A stretch of DNA of 62,410 nucleotides, the filler included. It is 7 parts of 7 records of this genome, joined end to end, with 100 filler letters (N's around TTAATTAATTAA, not from the genome) between each part and the next. Parts side by side here need not be neighbours in the genome. Positions count along the whole stretch, not along the records: positions 1 to 11,246 come from SRR31147125_23505; positions 11,347 to 17,028 come from SRR31147125_23512; positions 17,129 to 24,711 come from SRR31147125_23523; 4 more parts are not named here. One strand, written 5' to 3'. The notes under the pieces are model-generated. The model had not been told where the DNA came from. It was given only the letters and a program-made list of their open reading frames with translations, and did no database searches. Every line of letters starts with the position of its first letter. Position 1 is the stretch's first letter. The translations under genes were made by a program, and so were the position numbers. This document shows, in pieces, positions 8,791-20,500 of the stretch.

Positions 8791-10887
8791 CTATATTTTA
8801 GTTTTAGGCTTAAACATTACATCAGATGCTATTATGCTCTTTTTGTTTATATTTTTAATCTGTTTAAAAAATCTCTCTTGTGAATTTATTTTTTTACCTT
8901 TATGAGATACTCTATTGTATGTACCATCTTTTTGCTGCATGCGCATTTTCACATTGTCAGACAACATTAAATCCATTGATTCAATTATCCTTTGCTTAAT
9001 ATCATCCTGTTCTATTGGGAACAATGTTTCAACACGCCTATCCAAGTTTCTAGGCATCCAGTCAGCAGATGATAAGTAAACCTTATTTTCTCCTCCAGAT
9101 GTAAATATATAAATTCTATGATGCTCCAAATATCTTCCTATTATAGATATTACCTCGATATTCTCTGATAAGCCTTCAACCTGAGAACGCAAGCCATTAA
9201 TCCCACGAATAATCAGCTTTATTTTCACCCCTGCGTTTGATGCCTCATACAGTTTCTTGATTATATTTTGATCGATTAAAGAATTTACCTTGGCAGTTAT
9301 GCCGCTAGGCAGCATATTTTTTGCATTCTCTATTTCTTTATCTATCATCTCTATAAAGAAACTGCGAAGTCCTGTTGGTGCAACATGCAGCTTTTTGTAT
9401 TGCGGAGGCAAAGAAAACCCTGTTAATACATTAAATAATGCCGACATATCCGAAGTTATTGCAGGCTTTGCTGTAAATAAACCAAAATCTGTATATAACT
9501 TTGCAGTAGAGTCGTTATAATTGCCTGTACCAAGGTGAGCGTATCTGCGAATACCGTCCTCTTCCTTGCGGACTATCAATAATGCTTTGCAGTGTACTTT
9601 TAATCCTAGTAACCCATATATAACATGACAGCCTGACTGTTCTAGCCTTCTTGCCCAAGCAATGTTATTCTCTTCATCAAATCTTGCTTTAAGTTCTACA
9701 AGAACAGTAACCTGTTTTCCTGCTTGTGCAGCTCTAATTAATGCACTAACTATAGGGGAGTTGCCGCTGACTCTATATAGTGTTTGTTTTATAGCCAGCA
9801 CCTTTTCATCCGATGCTGCCTGCTCTATAAGATCGATAACAGGCTGGAATGATTCATAAGGTAGATGCAGCAAAATATCTCTTTCTCTGATTGCATCAAA
9901 AATATTTTCTCCTTGCTTTATGCCGATAGGTTCCTGTGGTGGATTGCTAGGATATTTATAGTGATTAAATTGGCTCTGTCCTGTAAATGAAAATAAGAAT
10001 GTTAAATCCAAAGGTGCGTCAACAGCAAAAACATCACTTTTGACAACCTTTAAATGATGGGTTAAAAACTCCATTAATTCATCACCCATACCACCCTCAG
10101 TGAAATTGTTCATTATTTCTAGCCTGCATGGTTCACCATGTTTTCTTTTCTTTAATGATTTTTCAATCTCCAACAGTAAATCCTGTGCATCCTCATCTAT
10201 AAACAAGTCACCATTTCTTGTTATTCTAAATAAGCCTACATCACCTATTGTATATCCGTTAAAGAAATTAGGAAGATGCATTAAAATAGCGTCTTCAATG
10301 AGTACGTATTTGTGGCTTTCGCCTAGTTTTATAAACCTTGGCAAAATAGATGGAATTTGTACTATTGCATGAACTATATCATCAGAACCGTTCTTTTGAA
10401 GACTTAGTGCTATGTTTATTTTTTTATTTGCAAGATGCGGAAACGGTCTAGATGCATCTACAGCTAATGGCGTTAGAACAGGCTGAATTGTATCAATATA
10501 ATATTTATCCACAAATGCTTTTTGAGTACTTGTTAGGTTCTTTCCTCTTAAGATTTGAATATCTTCTTTACTGCATTTTAACATTAGCTCTTTGTAGCAT
10601 TTATATTGATCCTTGCAAAAATCATGTGTTTTATTGCTGACTTGTTCTAATTGCTCATTTGGCATAATCCCTGCAATATCTAATGTGGTAACATTGTATG
10701 CTACCTGCTGTTTCAAGCCTGCAACACGCACCATAAAAAATTCATCTAAGTTAGATGATGTTATCGCTAGAAACTTTAATCTTTCAAATAGCGGAATGCT
10801 TTTATCCTGCGCTTCCTCTAGAACACGATAATTAAAATCCAACCATGAAAGTTCTCTATTTGTAAATAATATCTTCATGCTACTCAT
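8791..10887 (-). CDS. ppk1: Polyphosphate kinase 1
   Basis: 'NRELSWLDFNYRVL', 'SSNLDEFFMVRVAGL', 'ELKARFDEENNI', 'HLGTGNYN', 'SSADWMPRNLDRRVE'. Confidence 0.97.
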   Translation of the reverse strand: MSSMKILFTNRELSWLDFNYRVLEEAQDKSIPLFERLKFLAITSSNLDEFFMVRVAGLKQQVAYNVTTLDIAGIMPNEQLEQVSNKTHDFCKDQYKCYKELMLKCSKEDIQILRGKNLTSTQKAFVDKYYIDTIQPVLTPLAVDASRPFPHLANKKINIALSLQKNGSDDIVHAIVQIPSILPRFIKLGESHKYVLIEDAILMHLPNFFNGYTIGDVGLFRITRNGDLFIDEDAQDLLLEIEKSLKKRKHGEPCRLEIMNNFTEGGMGDELMEFLTHHLKVVKSDVFAVDAPLDLTFLFSFTGQSQFNHYKYPSNPPQEPIGIKQGENIFDAIRERDILLHLPYESFQPVIDLIEQAASDEKVLAIKQTLYRVSGNSPIVSALIRAAQAGKQVTVLVELKARFDEENNIAWARRLEQSGCHVIYGLLGLKVHCKALLIVRKEEDGIRRYAHLGTGNYNDSTAKLYTDFGLFTAKPAITSDMSALFNVLTGFSLPPQYKKLHVAPTGLRSFFIEMIDKEIENAKNMLPSGITAKVNSLIDQNIIKKLYEASNAGVKIKLIIRGINGLRSQVEGLSENIEVISIIGRYLEHHRIYIFTSGGENKVYLSSADWMPRNLDRRVETLFPIEQDDIKQRIIESMDLMLSDNVKMRMQQKDGTYNRVSHKGKKINSQERFFKQIKNINKKSIIASDVMFKPKTKI

Positions 10888-11144
10888 ATTTTCCCTCTTT
10901 ACTATTGCAATTATTATATCATATTTTTTTGCACAATTGATAAATTATAATAAAATCTATTCAAGTATTTACCTGTTTCTTACAAGGAAAATACATTATT
11001 CTACATTTACTTTCAAAAATATACATAATCTATTTTTCTATTTTTTTCGAATTTTAATAATATATATTGAAATAGATATATGTTAAGAGTAGAATATTAT
11101 TAGATATGACATTTAAGCGAGATATATGAAGACGGGGTAAAATT

Positions 11145-11246
11145 ATGAAAAACAAAATTAAATTGGCTATTGTTCATTTTATAGGAATGGCTGCTTCATT
11201 GCTTGCATCAACTGCAGCTCATTACGTTTATGATTACTATCCAGGC
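11145..11246 (+). CDS. 5' fragment of a hypothetical membrane/exported protein (cut by contig end)
   Basis: ATG 11145 behind GGGG; MKNKIKLAIVHFIGMAASLLASTAAHYVYDYYPG open to the gap. Confidence 0.5.
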
Positions 11247-11346
11247 NNNNNNNNNNNNNNNNNNNNNNNNNNNNNNNNNNNNNNNNNNNNTTAATTAATT
11301 AANNNNNNNNNNNNNNNNNNNNNNNNNNNNNNNNNNNNNNNNNNNN
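11247..11346. other. Artificial contig-joining spacer
   Basis: N44-TTAATTAATTAA-N44 (stops in all six frames). Confidence 0.98.
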
Positions 11347-11872
11347 ATTAGCTGAACAAAAGACTCAATCATTAAACATTATAATAAATAAAAATAAACA
11401 ATCACCACAAATACCGGATTATTTTACACATAAATCAAGCTAATAAAACGTGATATGCGCGCATCAATCCGGGTATACACTTTTTTGCAGCATTGAGTAT
11501 CTCAAAGGATGGGCAGAATGAAACAGATTATTTTAGTTAAAATTTCTAACCTTATTTTCACGCTTGACAATACAATTCTAAAAATCTTTTACTAAAAAAG
11601 ATACACATTAATAATTAGATTTAAAATCAAATATTACAAAATCTGCTAATAGCGTAAAAAATTTAACAGACAGTATAAGAAAAAGTCGAATATGCGGATG
11701 CTAGCTTACCAGAAATTCTATTTGCAGCATCAAATGTACCAATAGTGGAGTAAGCATAAACGACCTTATTATCAAATCCGCACATACTACTATAAAAGCA
11801 TATGGCTATGGTCAGCATTCTCCTTCTCACACAGATTAGTAACGAATTAGTGTTGTTTATATGAGGAGGTAA

Positions 11873-12454
11873 TCAATGGATATAATACCGCATAATCATT
11901 TTACTTTTTGATGGCCTCTTGCACTCAACAAAACCTTCCTTCTCAAACATGGCAGGAAATCCCATAAAACTCGAAACTGGTGGAACATCTCCGCTTTTGG
12001 GTACAGTTGGATAGGCCTCAATAACTTTTCCACCCTTATTTCGGACATAGTCTATGGCAGCTTGAATGAGAGATTGGGTCATGCCCTTATTGCGATGAGT
12101 TTTTGTTACATAAAAACAGACAATTGACCATACCGGAGTATCATCAATTGGTTTGAGTACATATGAACGATTCAGTGAGCCGTAATTTTCCCTCGGAGCT
12201 ACAGAACACCAGGCAACGGGTTCACCACCCTCATAACCCAGGATGCCGGGGATTTCCCCGGAAGAAACAATCGCTTTCATTGCTGCCTTATTGCCCTCTC
12301 CCTGTTGCGTCTCAAACTCACTGCGTTTTAACCGCCACCACATACACCAACAACCACCATAAGCACCGCTCTTACCAAACAGTGTCTCAAAATCAGACCA
12401 GCGTTCACTGGTTAATGGATGATATTCAAAAGATGCCGTATTCTCACGTTGCAT
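11873..12454 (-). CDS. GNAT-family N-acetyltransferase
   Basis: ATG 12454 behind GGGAGG; 'GCWCMWWR', 'WSIVCFYV...HRNKGMT..LI.AA', 'IEAYP'. Confidence 0.9.
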   Translation of the reverse strand: MQRENTASFEYHPLTSERWSDFETLFGKSGAYGGCWCMWWRLKRSEFETQQGEGNKAAMKAIVSSGEIPGILGYEGGEPVAWCSVAPRENYGSLNRSYVLKPIDDTPVWSIVCFYVTKTHRNKGMTQSLIQAAIDYVRNKGGKVIEAYPTVPKSGDVPPVSSFMGFPAMFEKEGFVECKRPSKSKMIMRYYIH

Positions 12455-12671
12455 AAGGGGCCTCCCTTTACTTGTCAAAACAGTTTTATTGGCGAAATCC
12501 CTTTTCTGCTAAATATGAAACTTATAACATCAGCAAGAACTCACTTTATTTAATTTTTCAGAAACAAGTAATGGCAGACGCGGCTACTAATAGTTTTCGA
12601 CGGCATATAAAACCTGGAGATAAACAGCTCTAATCCGATGATAATATTTAAAAATCTCATACAGAAAAAAA

Positions 12672-14153
12672 TTAAAGTAACGGCCTTATAGTCAGGGATT
12701 CGAAAGAAACAGATGCATTCTTGCTAAATAAAAAGAGATTCGTCCCGTTTTGTTCCGGACAACGATTTATGATACATCTCCTGTTATCGATACATACATC
12801 TATAATATCCCCTTTTAGAATAATCTCTAATTCGAAAGATCGATCTAATCCCTCAACAATTGAAATAAACTGATTCCCCAGTATAACCTTTTGTTCAAAT
12901 GGAAGAAAATGAAGCAGACAGGACGATTTTCGATCCTTCGATGCGCGAAGATTGAGTCCAAAGGATGCAGATTCTTTTTCCGGGCTGACCGTCAAAGTTA
13001 TATGTGCATCAAGTGGAACATCTTTCATTTTTGCACATCCAAATCCGTCCATAGAAGATATGTGAATATCATTGTCTATTATCTTCGCATCACCGATCAC
13101 AGTTTTGAAAGAATAAGTCCGTGGTTCACCAGACACAGGGATCATCTCCTGAGGAAATTTAATACCCAAAGTCCCGTTTTCATGTTGAATAATTTCGCGA
13201 AAAATAACATTTCCGGCATATTGTCCTCCACCATTATCTTTATTCCCTTTTCGGGTAGGAAGAAATGCTGCCCCAATACGCCTGTTATCAACAAATTCTG
13301 CTGTTTTCATTACTCTTGCCATTGAACCTTCAAATATATCTATTTTGGGACGCTTCCAGGGACCAAATGCATCACGTGACATACGATAACGGGCATTGCC
13401 ATCCGGGCTGTAAACAAGATAATACCAACCGTTCCAATAAAATAGTTCGGAGCACTCCGGGATTCCCTCTTCTGCCGGAAAAAGAAAAGGTTTTTCTAAA
13501 GTCCATTTTTTCAGATCGCTTGACGTCATGTGGGCCAGACATCCATCATGTCGATAAACAGGCATATTTTGTAAAGAGGCTGTTACCAGCATATGAAACA
13601 CGCCGCTTTCTTTATCAAGAAATACAAAAGGATCGCGGTAATTCATTAGATTATATCCCTCTACTGGTGAGGCAAATGGATTTGGATCCGATTTGATAAA
13701 ATGAATGCCATCCTTACTTGTAGCCACACTCAGGTGTTCTTCTTTTCGCAGATCACCATCTCTATCAGTACGCGTTGCATAAAAAGCATAATAGGTGCCA
13801 TCATGAAAAAAGACCGAACCCGTACACATGGATTTTTCCCAATCAGCAGTGATGGGCAAGGCCATCGGATGATGTTGCCAATGCACAAGATCTTTGGTAG
13901 AACTATGTTCCCACTGATGTCCTCCCAAACCATTCAATCCTTTATGGTGATTTTCATCTAAAAGCCAGAATAAATGAAAAACACCATCATGGTAAAACGG
14001 CATACAATCTCCGGCAAAATATTTTGGATTTTCCGGCCTGAAATATTGCATAGATGTATCTGATGTTCCGGTAACATTATTCTCGCTTAATAATTGAGCG
14101 TGACTCATACATGTGATCACACATAAAACTACGAACACAAAAAATCTCTTCAT
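12672..14153 (-). CDS. Secreted glycoside hydrolase family 32-like (five-bladed beta-propeller)
   Basis: Signal peptide; 'GDCMPFYHDGVFHLFWL', 'WEHSSTKDLVHW', 'TGS', 'YRDP' and 'PEC' catalytic motifs. Confidence 0.85.
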   Translation of the reverse strand: MKRFFVFVVLCVITCMSHAQLLSENNVTGTSDTSMQYFRPENPKYFAGDCMPFYHDGVFHLFWLLDENHHKGLNGLGGHQWEHSSTKDLVHWQHHPMALPITADWEKSMCTGSVFFHDGTYYAFYATRTDRDGDLRKEEHLSVATSKDGIHFIKSDPNPFASPVEGYNLMNYRDPFVFLDKESGVFHMLVTASLQNMPVYRHDGCLAHMTSSDLKKWTLEKPFLFPAEEGIPECSELFYWNGWYYLVYSPDGNARYRMSRDAFGPWKRPKIDIFEGSMARVMKTAEFVDNRRIGAAFLPTRKGNKDNGGGQYAGNVIFREIIQHENGTLGIKFPQEMIPVSGEPRTYSFKTVIGDAKIIDNDIHISSMDGFGCAKMKDVPLDAHITLTVSPEKESASFGLNLRASKDRKSSCLLHFLPFEQKVILGNQFISIVEGLDRSFELEIILKGDIIDVCIDNRRCIINRCPEQNGTNLFLFSKNASVSFESLTIRPLL

Positions 14154-14444
14154 ATTCTATTCCTCTTAATTGAATCCATTTGAGAACACCAGGATTTTGT
14201 GACCCTTACCTATATTATTAGGAATAACAAACAGATTTGATCATATCCATGTTAATTAGAGATACAAAAACAGATATGACTCAACATTGAAATAATAACA
14301 CTATCTGTAACAGGCACTTTAATCTAAAAAGAAAGGTAGCTATATTATAGCACAAAATCTAATACAGCAGAAAAAATAAGCCAGCAAACGTTGAACAAAA
14401 TTTTAAATTAATTTTTAAGAAAAGTAAATGAGAGAGAAAAAATC

Positions 14445-14480
14445 AAATAGGATCTCAATAATATCATTGAGATCCTATTT
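14445..14480. terminator. Intrinsic terminator-like hairpin downstream of nfnB
   Basis: AAATAGGATCTCAAT-aatatc-ATTGAGATCCTATTT perfect 15-bp stem. Confidence 0.7.
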
Positions 14481-14617
14481 GTTATATAGTATTAAGAAAA
14501 GTTAGGTCTAATGTCAGCAATACAGGTAACTAGTATTCTTTTTTTATAAAAAATCCCATTTTTTATCAAAAAGAATCCCAATTTCACAAAACAAGAGGAA
14601 ATCTATCCTTCTTCTAC

Positions 14618-16038
14618 TTACTCAACCTTGCCATTCATCATATAATCATGCATGGCTTTAGCCGCGCGTCGTCCTTCACCCATGGCCAGAATGACTGTCG
14701 CAGCGCCCAGGACAATGTCACCTCCAGCATAAACACCCTTTATTGACGTCTCACCGGTCTCCTCGTTGACAATGACACCTCCCCAGTTATTAACATCTAA
14801 CTCTGGCGTTTCTCGTGGCACTAGAGGATTAGGACTGTTTCCGATGGCAATAATAACCACATCCACATCGAGGATGAATTCAGATCCAGCTACAGGCATT
14901 GGTCGTCTCCGGCCAGACTCGTCAGGTTCACCCAGCTCCATTTTCAACAGTTCAAGACCTTTAACCCAGCCATCGTCCGTGCCTAAAATTTTTGTTGGAT
15001 TGACTAATAAATGAAATTCAACACCTTCCTCTTTGGCATGCTCTATTTCTTCACAACGAGCCGGCATTTCCTTTTCTGACCGACGGTAAACAATAATAGA
15101 TCGTTCCGCACCAAGACGCAATGCCGTTCTGGCTGCATCCATGGCCACATTACCGCCACCAATAACGGCAACGTTTTTACCAAGAAGGATAGGTGTATCT
15201 GCTTTGGGAAATTCATAGGCTTTCATGAGATTAGCCCGTGTCAAATACTCATTGGCGGAATATACGCCAAGCAAATTCTCACCAGGCAAGCGCATGAATT
15301 TGGGCAATCCGGCACCAGTACCAATAAAAATGGTATCATATTCCTGCAAAAGTTCATCAATTGTTTTTATCTTACCAATAATATAGTTTGGCTTGAATTC
15401 TACCCCTAAATCCTGCAAAAAATGTACTTCTGACTTTACGATTTCTTTAGGAAGACGGAATTCGGGAATACCATACAATAATACGCCACCGGGTTCATGC
15501 AGTGCTTCAAAAACAGTAACCTCATGCCCCTGTTTGATAAGATCGCCGGCAACCGTTAATCCAGCCGGTCCACCACCAACAACGGCAGCCCGTTTTCCTG
15601 TTTTCGCTGGTAACTCAGGCAAAGTAACATCTCCCGACTCTCTTTCCCAATCAGCAAGGAAGCGTTCCAGCCTGCCAACACTGACCGCTTTTTCCGGAGA
15701 TTTTGTTGCTTTAGCAACCATACAACTTGTTTGACACTGTTCCTCCTGTGGACAGACGCGCCCACAAATGGCAGGTAGAACATTGGTCTCTTTTATCTTG
15801 GCAATAGCACCCTTGAAATCACCTTCTGCTAATATAGATATAAAACCTGGAATATCCACGCCAACCGGACATCCTTTAATACACGGTGCCTTTTTACATT
15901 GCAAACATCTCTGAGCTTCAAGGATCGCTTCTTCCGGTGTATAACCCAGAGGAACTTCTTTTGATTGTGGATGCGTTCCTGAGCACTCTGTTCCTGCATC
16001 TTTACCGGCGGTATCTGTAATCTTTCTTTTGCTTTCAT
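14618..16038 (-). CDS. nfnB: NfnB / SudA (GltD-like FAD and Fe-S subunit of electron-bifurcating transhydrogenase); apparent frameshift near 15955
   Basis: 'RCLQCKKAPC..GCPV', 'CGRVCPQEEQC', 'GGGPAG', 'GGGNVAMDAAR', 'GGDIVLGAATVILAMG'; N-terminus MKAKERLQIP..HNQK continues EVPLGYTPEEA after a correction in an A run; adjacent to nfnA. Confidence 0.9.
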
Positions 16039-16069
16039 CTCAAAACCTCTATCTGGACGTTGGTATTTG

Positions 16070-16897
16070 CTATTTTTGTGTCTGACTTAATGCACGACAT
16101 TCATGTGCTTTATATGTACCCAAACGATTCATCATTTCATCCCAATCAACGAGATGGGCATCGAATTCAGGACCATCTACACAAACGAACTTTGTTTCAC
16201 CACCAACGGTTATACGACATCCGCCGCACATGCCTGTCCCATCGACCATGATCGTATTCAGACTTGCTACGGTTGGTATCTTGTGGGGTTCAGTCACTTT
16301 TGATACCATTTTCATCATGATAGATGGCCCAATGGTAACGACCTGGTTAATCTCCAGCCCGTCTGACAAAAGTTCACCCAGAGCATCGGTCACAAATCCT
16401 TTTTTTCCAGCACTGCCATCATCTGTTGTGACAATGATTGTATCAGAAAGTTTTTCCATTTCGTCTTTTAATATCATAAACTCTTTTGAACGCGCACCTA
16501 AAATGGTGATGATGCGATTGCCAGCAGCCTTCATTGCCTGAGCAATTGGATACAGCGGTGCGGCACCAATACCTCCGGCAACACAAACGACAGTACCAAA
16601 GTTCTCAATATGAGTCGCCATACCTAAAGGACCGGCAATATCTAAAATACGGTCACCTTCATTTAATTCAGCGAGTGCATTCGTGGTTTTCCCAACACTC
16701 TGCGAAATAAGTGTGATGGTTCCCTGCTCTGCATCTGCATCCGCGATCGTCAGTGGGATACGCTCGCCTCCATCGTAAACACGTAATATGATAAATTGTC
16801 CGGCTTTTCGCTTTTTAGCAATATCAGCCGCACTGACAATAAATTTGGTCACATTCGGAGCAATTACCGTCTTGTTAAGAATCGTTCCCGTTTCCAT
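16070..16897 (-). CDS. nfnA: NfnA / SudB (FAD/NAD-binding, 2Fe-2S subunit)
   Basis: 'GERIPLTIAD', 'GPLG', 'TDDGSAG', 'MVDGTGMCGGCR...FVCVDGPEFD'. Confidence 0.93.
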   Translation of the reverse strand: METGTILNKTVIAPNVTKFIVSAADIAKKRKAGQFIILRVYDGGERIPLTIADADAEQGTITLISQSVGKTTNALAELNEGDRILDIAGPLGMATHIENFGTVVCVAGGIGAAPLYPIAQAMKAAGNRIITILGARSKEFMILKDEMEKLSDTIIVTTDDGSAGKKGFVTDALGELLSDGLEINQVVTIGPSIMMKMVSKVTEPHKIPTVASLNTIMVDGTGMCGGCRITVGGETKFVCVDGPEFDAHLVDWDEMMNRLGTYKAHECRALSQTQK

Positions 16898-17028
16898 ATC
16901 GTTTCCTTTTTATTAATCTTTCAAATTCGTAACAGCTTTATACATACCTTATCATTAATGAATGTTTTCCAACACAAAACATTTTTTATTAAAAAACGAA
17001 CAATTCAATAATAAACTTTTCAAAAAAA

Positions 17029-17128
17029 NNNNNNNNNNNNNNNNNNNNNNNNNNNNNNNNNNNNNNNNNNNNTTAATTAATTAANNNNNNNNNNNNNNNN
17101 NNNNNNNNNNNNNNNNNNNNNNNNNNNN
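17029..17128. other. Artificial contig-joining spacer
   Basis: N44-TTAATTAATTAA-N44. Confidence 0.98.
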
Positions 17129-17466
17129 AAAAGCACGGCTCGACGGGTCGTTTGCAAAAATACCTAGTGCCGGTTCTTGAAAAATATAATGTCGATCTGG
17201 CATTTGCCGGACACGATCATAACTATGAAAGAAGCTGCGCTATTCGTGAAGAAAACTGCAAAGATGACGGCAACGGCATTGTATATGTTGTAGTCGGAGG
17301 TTTTTATTCGGATGGATACTCAAACGGTGAAGATTGGTGGACAGTAAAATCCGCTCATGGTGACCTTCATAACTACATGATGATAACTGTCGAAGATAAA
17401 AACTTGACTGCCATAGCTTATGATGGAGCGGGAACGGAACTGGATAAATTCATCTTAAAAAAATAA
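17129..17466 (+). CDS. C-terminal part of a purple-acid-phosphatase-like metallophosphoesterase
   Basis: 'PVLEKYNVDLAFAGHDHNYER...YVVVGG'; 5' end lost at contig edge. Confidence 0.85.
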
Positions 17467-17487
17467 GTACGTGATAAGCTCATTAAA

Positions 17488-17517
17488 AAAGGGTCACTCG
17501 ATATCGGGTGACCCTTT
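17488..17517. terminator. Bidirectional intrinsic terminator
   Basis: AAAGGGTCACTCGA-TA-TCGGGTGACCCTTT hairpin between convergent genes. Confidence 0.75.
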
Positions 17518-17542
17518 GATGTTTCATGGTGTGATGCTCACG

Positions 17543-20500
17543 CTATATTCTTTTGCGTCTCTTTCTTTTTGCAACCAAAGCACAAGCAAAGATCATTGCC
17601 AAAAGGATGTAAAGATTTATGTGGTTTGATTGAGTGCAACCACCGCCACCTCCATCATCATCTACATCTGGTCCAACAACTCCTCCACAAGTTCCGTCAC
17701 CAGGATTTTTCATCGGATCATTGTCGTCACAATCCTGTTTACCGGTACAATCAGCACCTACTCCGTAACCATCGGCATCGTTGTCTATGCAATCTTCACA
17801 AGGATTAGGATCAGGAACAGTCGCATCGTCATCATTGCAGTCTTCCTTTTCAGTTGTGCAATCAGAACCAACATAGTAGCCGTCACCATCATTATCCTTA
17901 CAATCCTTTTCGATACAGGTTTGTACTTCTATCCACACATAATCAGGATCGGAATCTGTGAATCCGTCATTGACTACGAGCTTGACCTTTACTCTTCCTG
18001 ATGAAATAGCATCGATTTCAGGCTTTGCAACTGTCGTATCCGAGAAATCAGCCACGGTAAAAGCAGTACCCTCTTCCACCGACCATTCATAGGTAATTTC
18101 ATGTCCATCAACATCTGTTGAAGCAGAACCATCCAGCTTTACTTGATCTTTCTTAAAGCAGAATTCGGCATCAGCTCCGGCTTGTGCAACTGGAGGAGTA
18201 TTTTCGGTTGCTGTTACTGTAATTTCTTTCGGCTCTTTGCAATAAGCTACTCCGTCGAAAGCAACATAGCTAAACTTGTACTCGCCTGTTTGCAGTGGCT
18301 TAAAGTTAACTACTCCCGGAGTTTCTGTTGGTGTCAAAGTTACTGTCTCGCCTTCAATCTGTTTCCAGACATGCTCTACAGCATCACCCTCATCGGAATC
18401 GAATGACTCAGAGGCATCGAGAGTTACCAGCAATCCCATAACTGTTGCTATGCTCGTTTCCTTGACAACGCAAACAGGAGCGGCATTCGAGTTTTTCAAC
18501 ACTCTTACATTGATATTCATCGGCAATGAAGGCGCGCCACCAACGTCTCTGACAACCAGACGGAAAACATAAGTCACATCATTGATGTCAGGCTGGAACG
18601 AAACTATGCTTTTATCCCAGCTTGATAAGACAATTGCAGGGCCACTGATTTGAGTCCATTCATAGGTAAGATCCGTTTTTTCAGGATCGATGCTATTTGA
18701 AGCGTCTATGATTACCGGCTCATTCGGGTTAACGATCAGAGATTGAGTGTACGGATCAAGGTTAGCGATTGACACAGAAGGAGCGGCATTGCCTTCCGGC
18801 GCAACAGATATCGCTACAATAGACGGCTTGGAAGCAAGTGTGTTGTCTCCATTAATTGCGCCATCATACACAGTCAGGCTGAACACGTAAATTCCGGAAT
18901 GGAACGCAATAAAACTTGGGGTTGCTGTTGCGTCATCGATAAGCGGCACATTAACACCTTCAAGCTGACTCCATCTGTAAACTAACTCTTCTCCTTCCGG
19001 ATCAAGAGAACCTGAACCGTTAAGAGTAACTTTTACGTAGTTTACATTTGATAGGCGTGTATCTGCCGGTGCATGAAGGTTGACTTTCTGGTTTGTTCCA
19101 GCACTTGCAACAGGCGGCATATCGACTTCCAGAGTATCCGTTTTTTCCTGACCGATGTAGATGGAATCCACAAACAAGTTGCTTGTATTATCCTCGCTGT
19201 CTTTAACCGTCAAGCTGAATTCGTATTTACCGGCTTCCGGCGGCGTGAAGAAAAGTTTTTCTTCTTCGTCCTGGTTGTAATACATACCAATACGATTTTC
19301 CGCTACTGGCCCATCTCTGAATATCCATTTGTAGGTTACAGCTTCTTCGTTGATTCTGCTTGATGATGCACTTGCATCCAGCATGATTTCCTTAGCTGTT
19401 ACGCCTGTGTCGAGCTTGGAGCAGTTATTTTCACTATCACATGTAATTGGTGTAAACGTGGCGTATGGAAGAGCTTTTTTACTATCAATATCAAGAATTT
19501 CGATTTTCAAACTGGTAGGATTCGATGCAAGTTCCTGATCGTCTACAGTCACTCGGAAGTTATAAACACCAAACTGAGTTGGCGTAAATTCAAGTTCACT
19601 TGCACTTAAATCAGGGCTTCCCGTCAATGCCTGATCTATATCTTCCCATGCAAACTGGAGGTAATCCTGAAGATCGTTTGAGTTGTAATCCATTGATCTG
19701 GTTGCATCAAGCGATACTGTTGTGCCCACATCGTAGTTCCTGTTACCTATTACGATTGCTGTCGGTTTTACGTTAAGAATGCTAATAGCTGCCGTGTCTT
19801 CCGGCCCTGTGGTCCATTCATTTTTGCAAGCAAGCCCGAATGAGAATTCTCCATGAGCGGAACTGGCAAAACACATACTTGGAGCAGGATCTCCTGGAGG
19901 AGTTTTGTATTCGCTAAGATTCTCAAGGATAACTTCTTCCGGTGTATCTCCTTTTTGTTCCCACAAATATTCAAGTTCTTTGTCTTGAGGATTTTTAGTA
20001 ACCGAGCCTGTCTGGCAAATCCATCCGGGATTTACATCTGTCTGGTCTGCACCGGCAGAACAAATCGCCATCGATTTCGGATCACCGACATCTATTACAT
20101 GCTGACAGCATATTTCCTCATCAGCATGATCCTTCACGCACAAATCAACTTCTGTTGTTCCTATTTGTGCTTCGGTCGGAGTCCATGTAAACACTCCCGT
20201 ATCATAACCGATCGACATGCCGGTTTTCTTGTTTTTGATAAAATATGAAACCTGTTTGTTACACTTGTCAGGATCGAAACCGACTATTGTTGTTGTGTAC
20301 TCAGACAAAGCAGCAGCTACACCTTTTGGATCACAGAACTTGATTTCCGGCGGATCATTCAAGTCAAGAACATCGATATAAAAAGCAAGTGTATCTTCGC
20401 CACCATCATCATCTTCAACTTTCAGGCTGACTTTGTGCTGCTTTTGTCCCGGAGTACAGGAAACGTCATCGGCACTTGGATACCATTCAAGACGCCCTGT

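Noticed and set aside
11347-14600. Integron cassette array (GNAT and GH32 with long spacers)
   Set aside because: No repeated attC-like RYYYAAC...GTTRRRY elements and no integrase
16955-16972. Rex operator upstream of nfnA
   Set aside because: Only about 9 of 14 positions match TTGTGAA-N4-TTCACAA in AT-rich DNA
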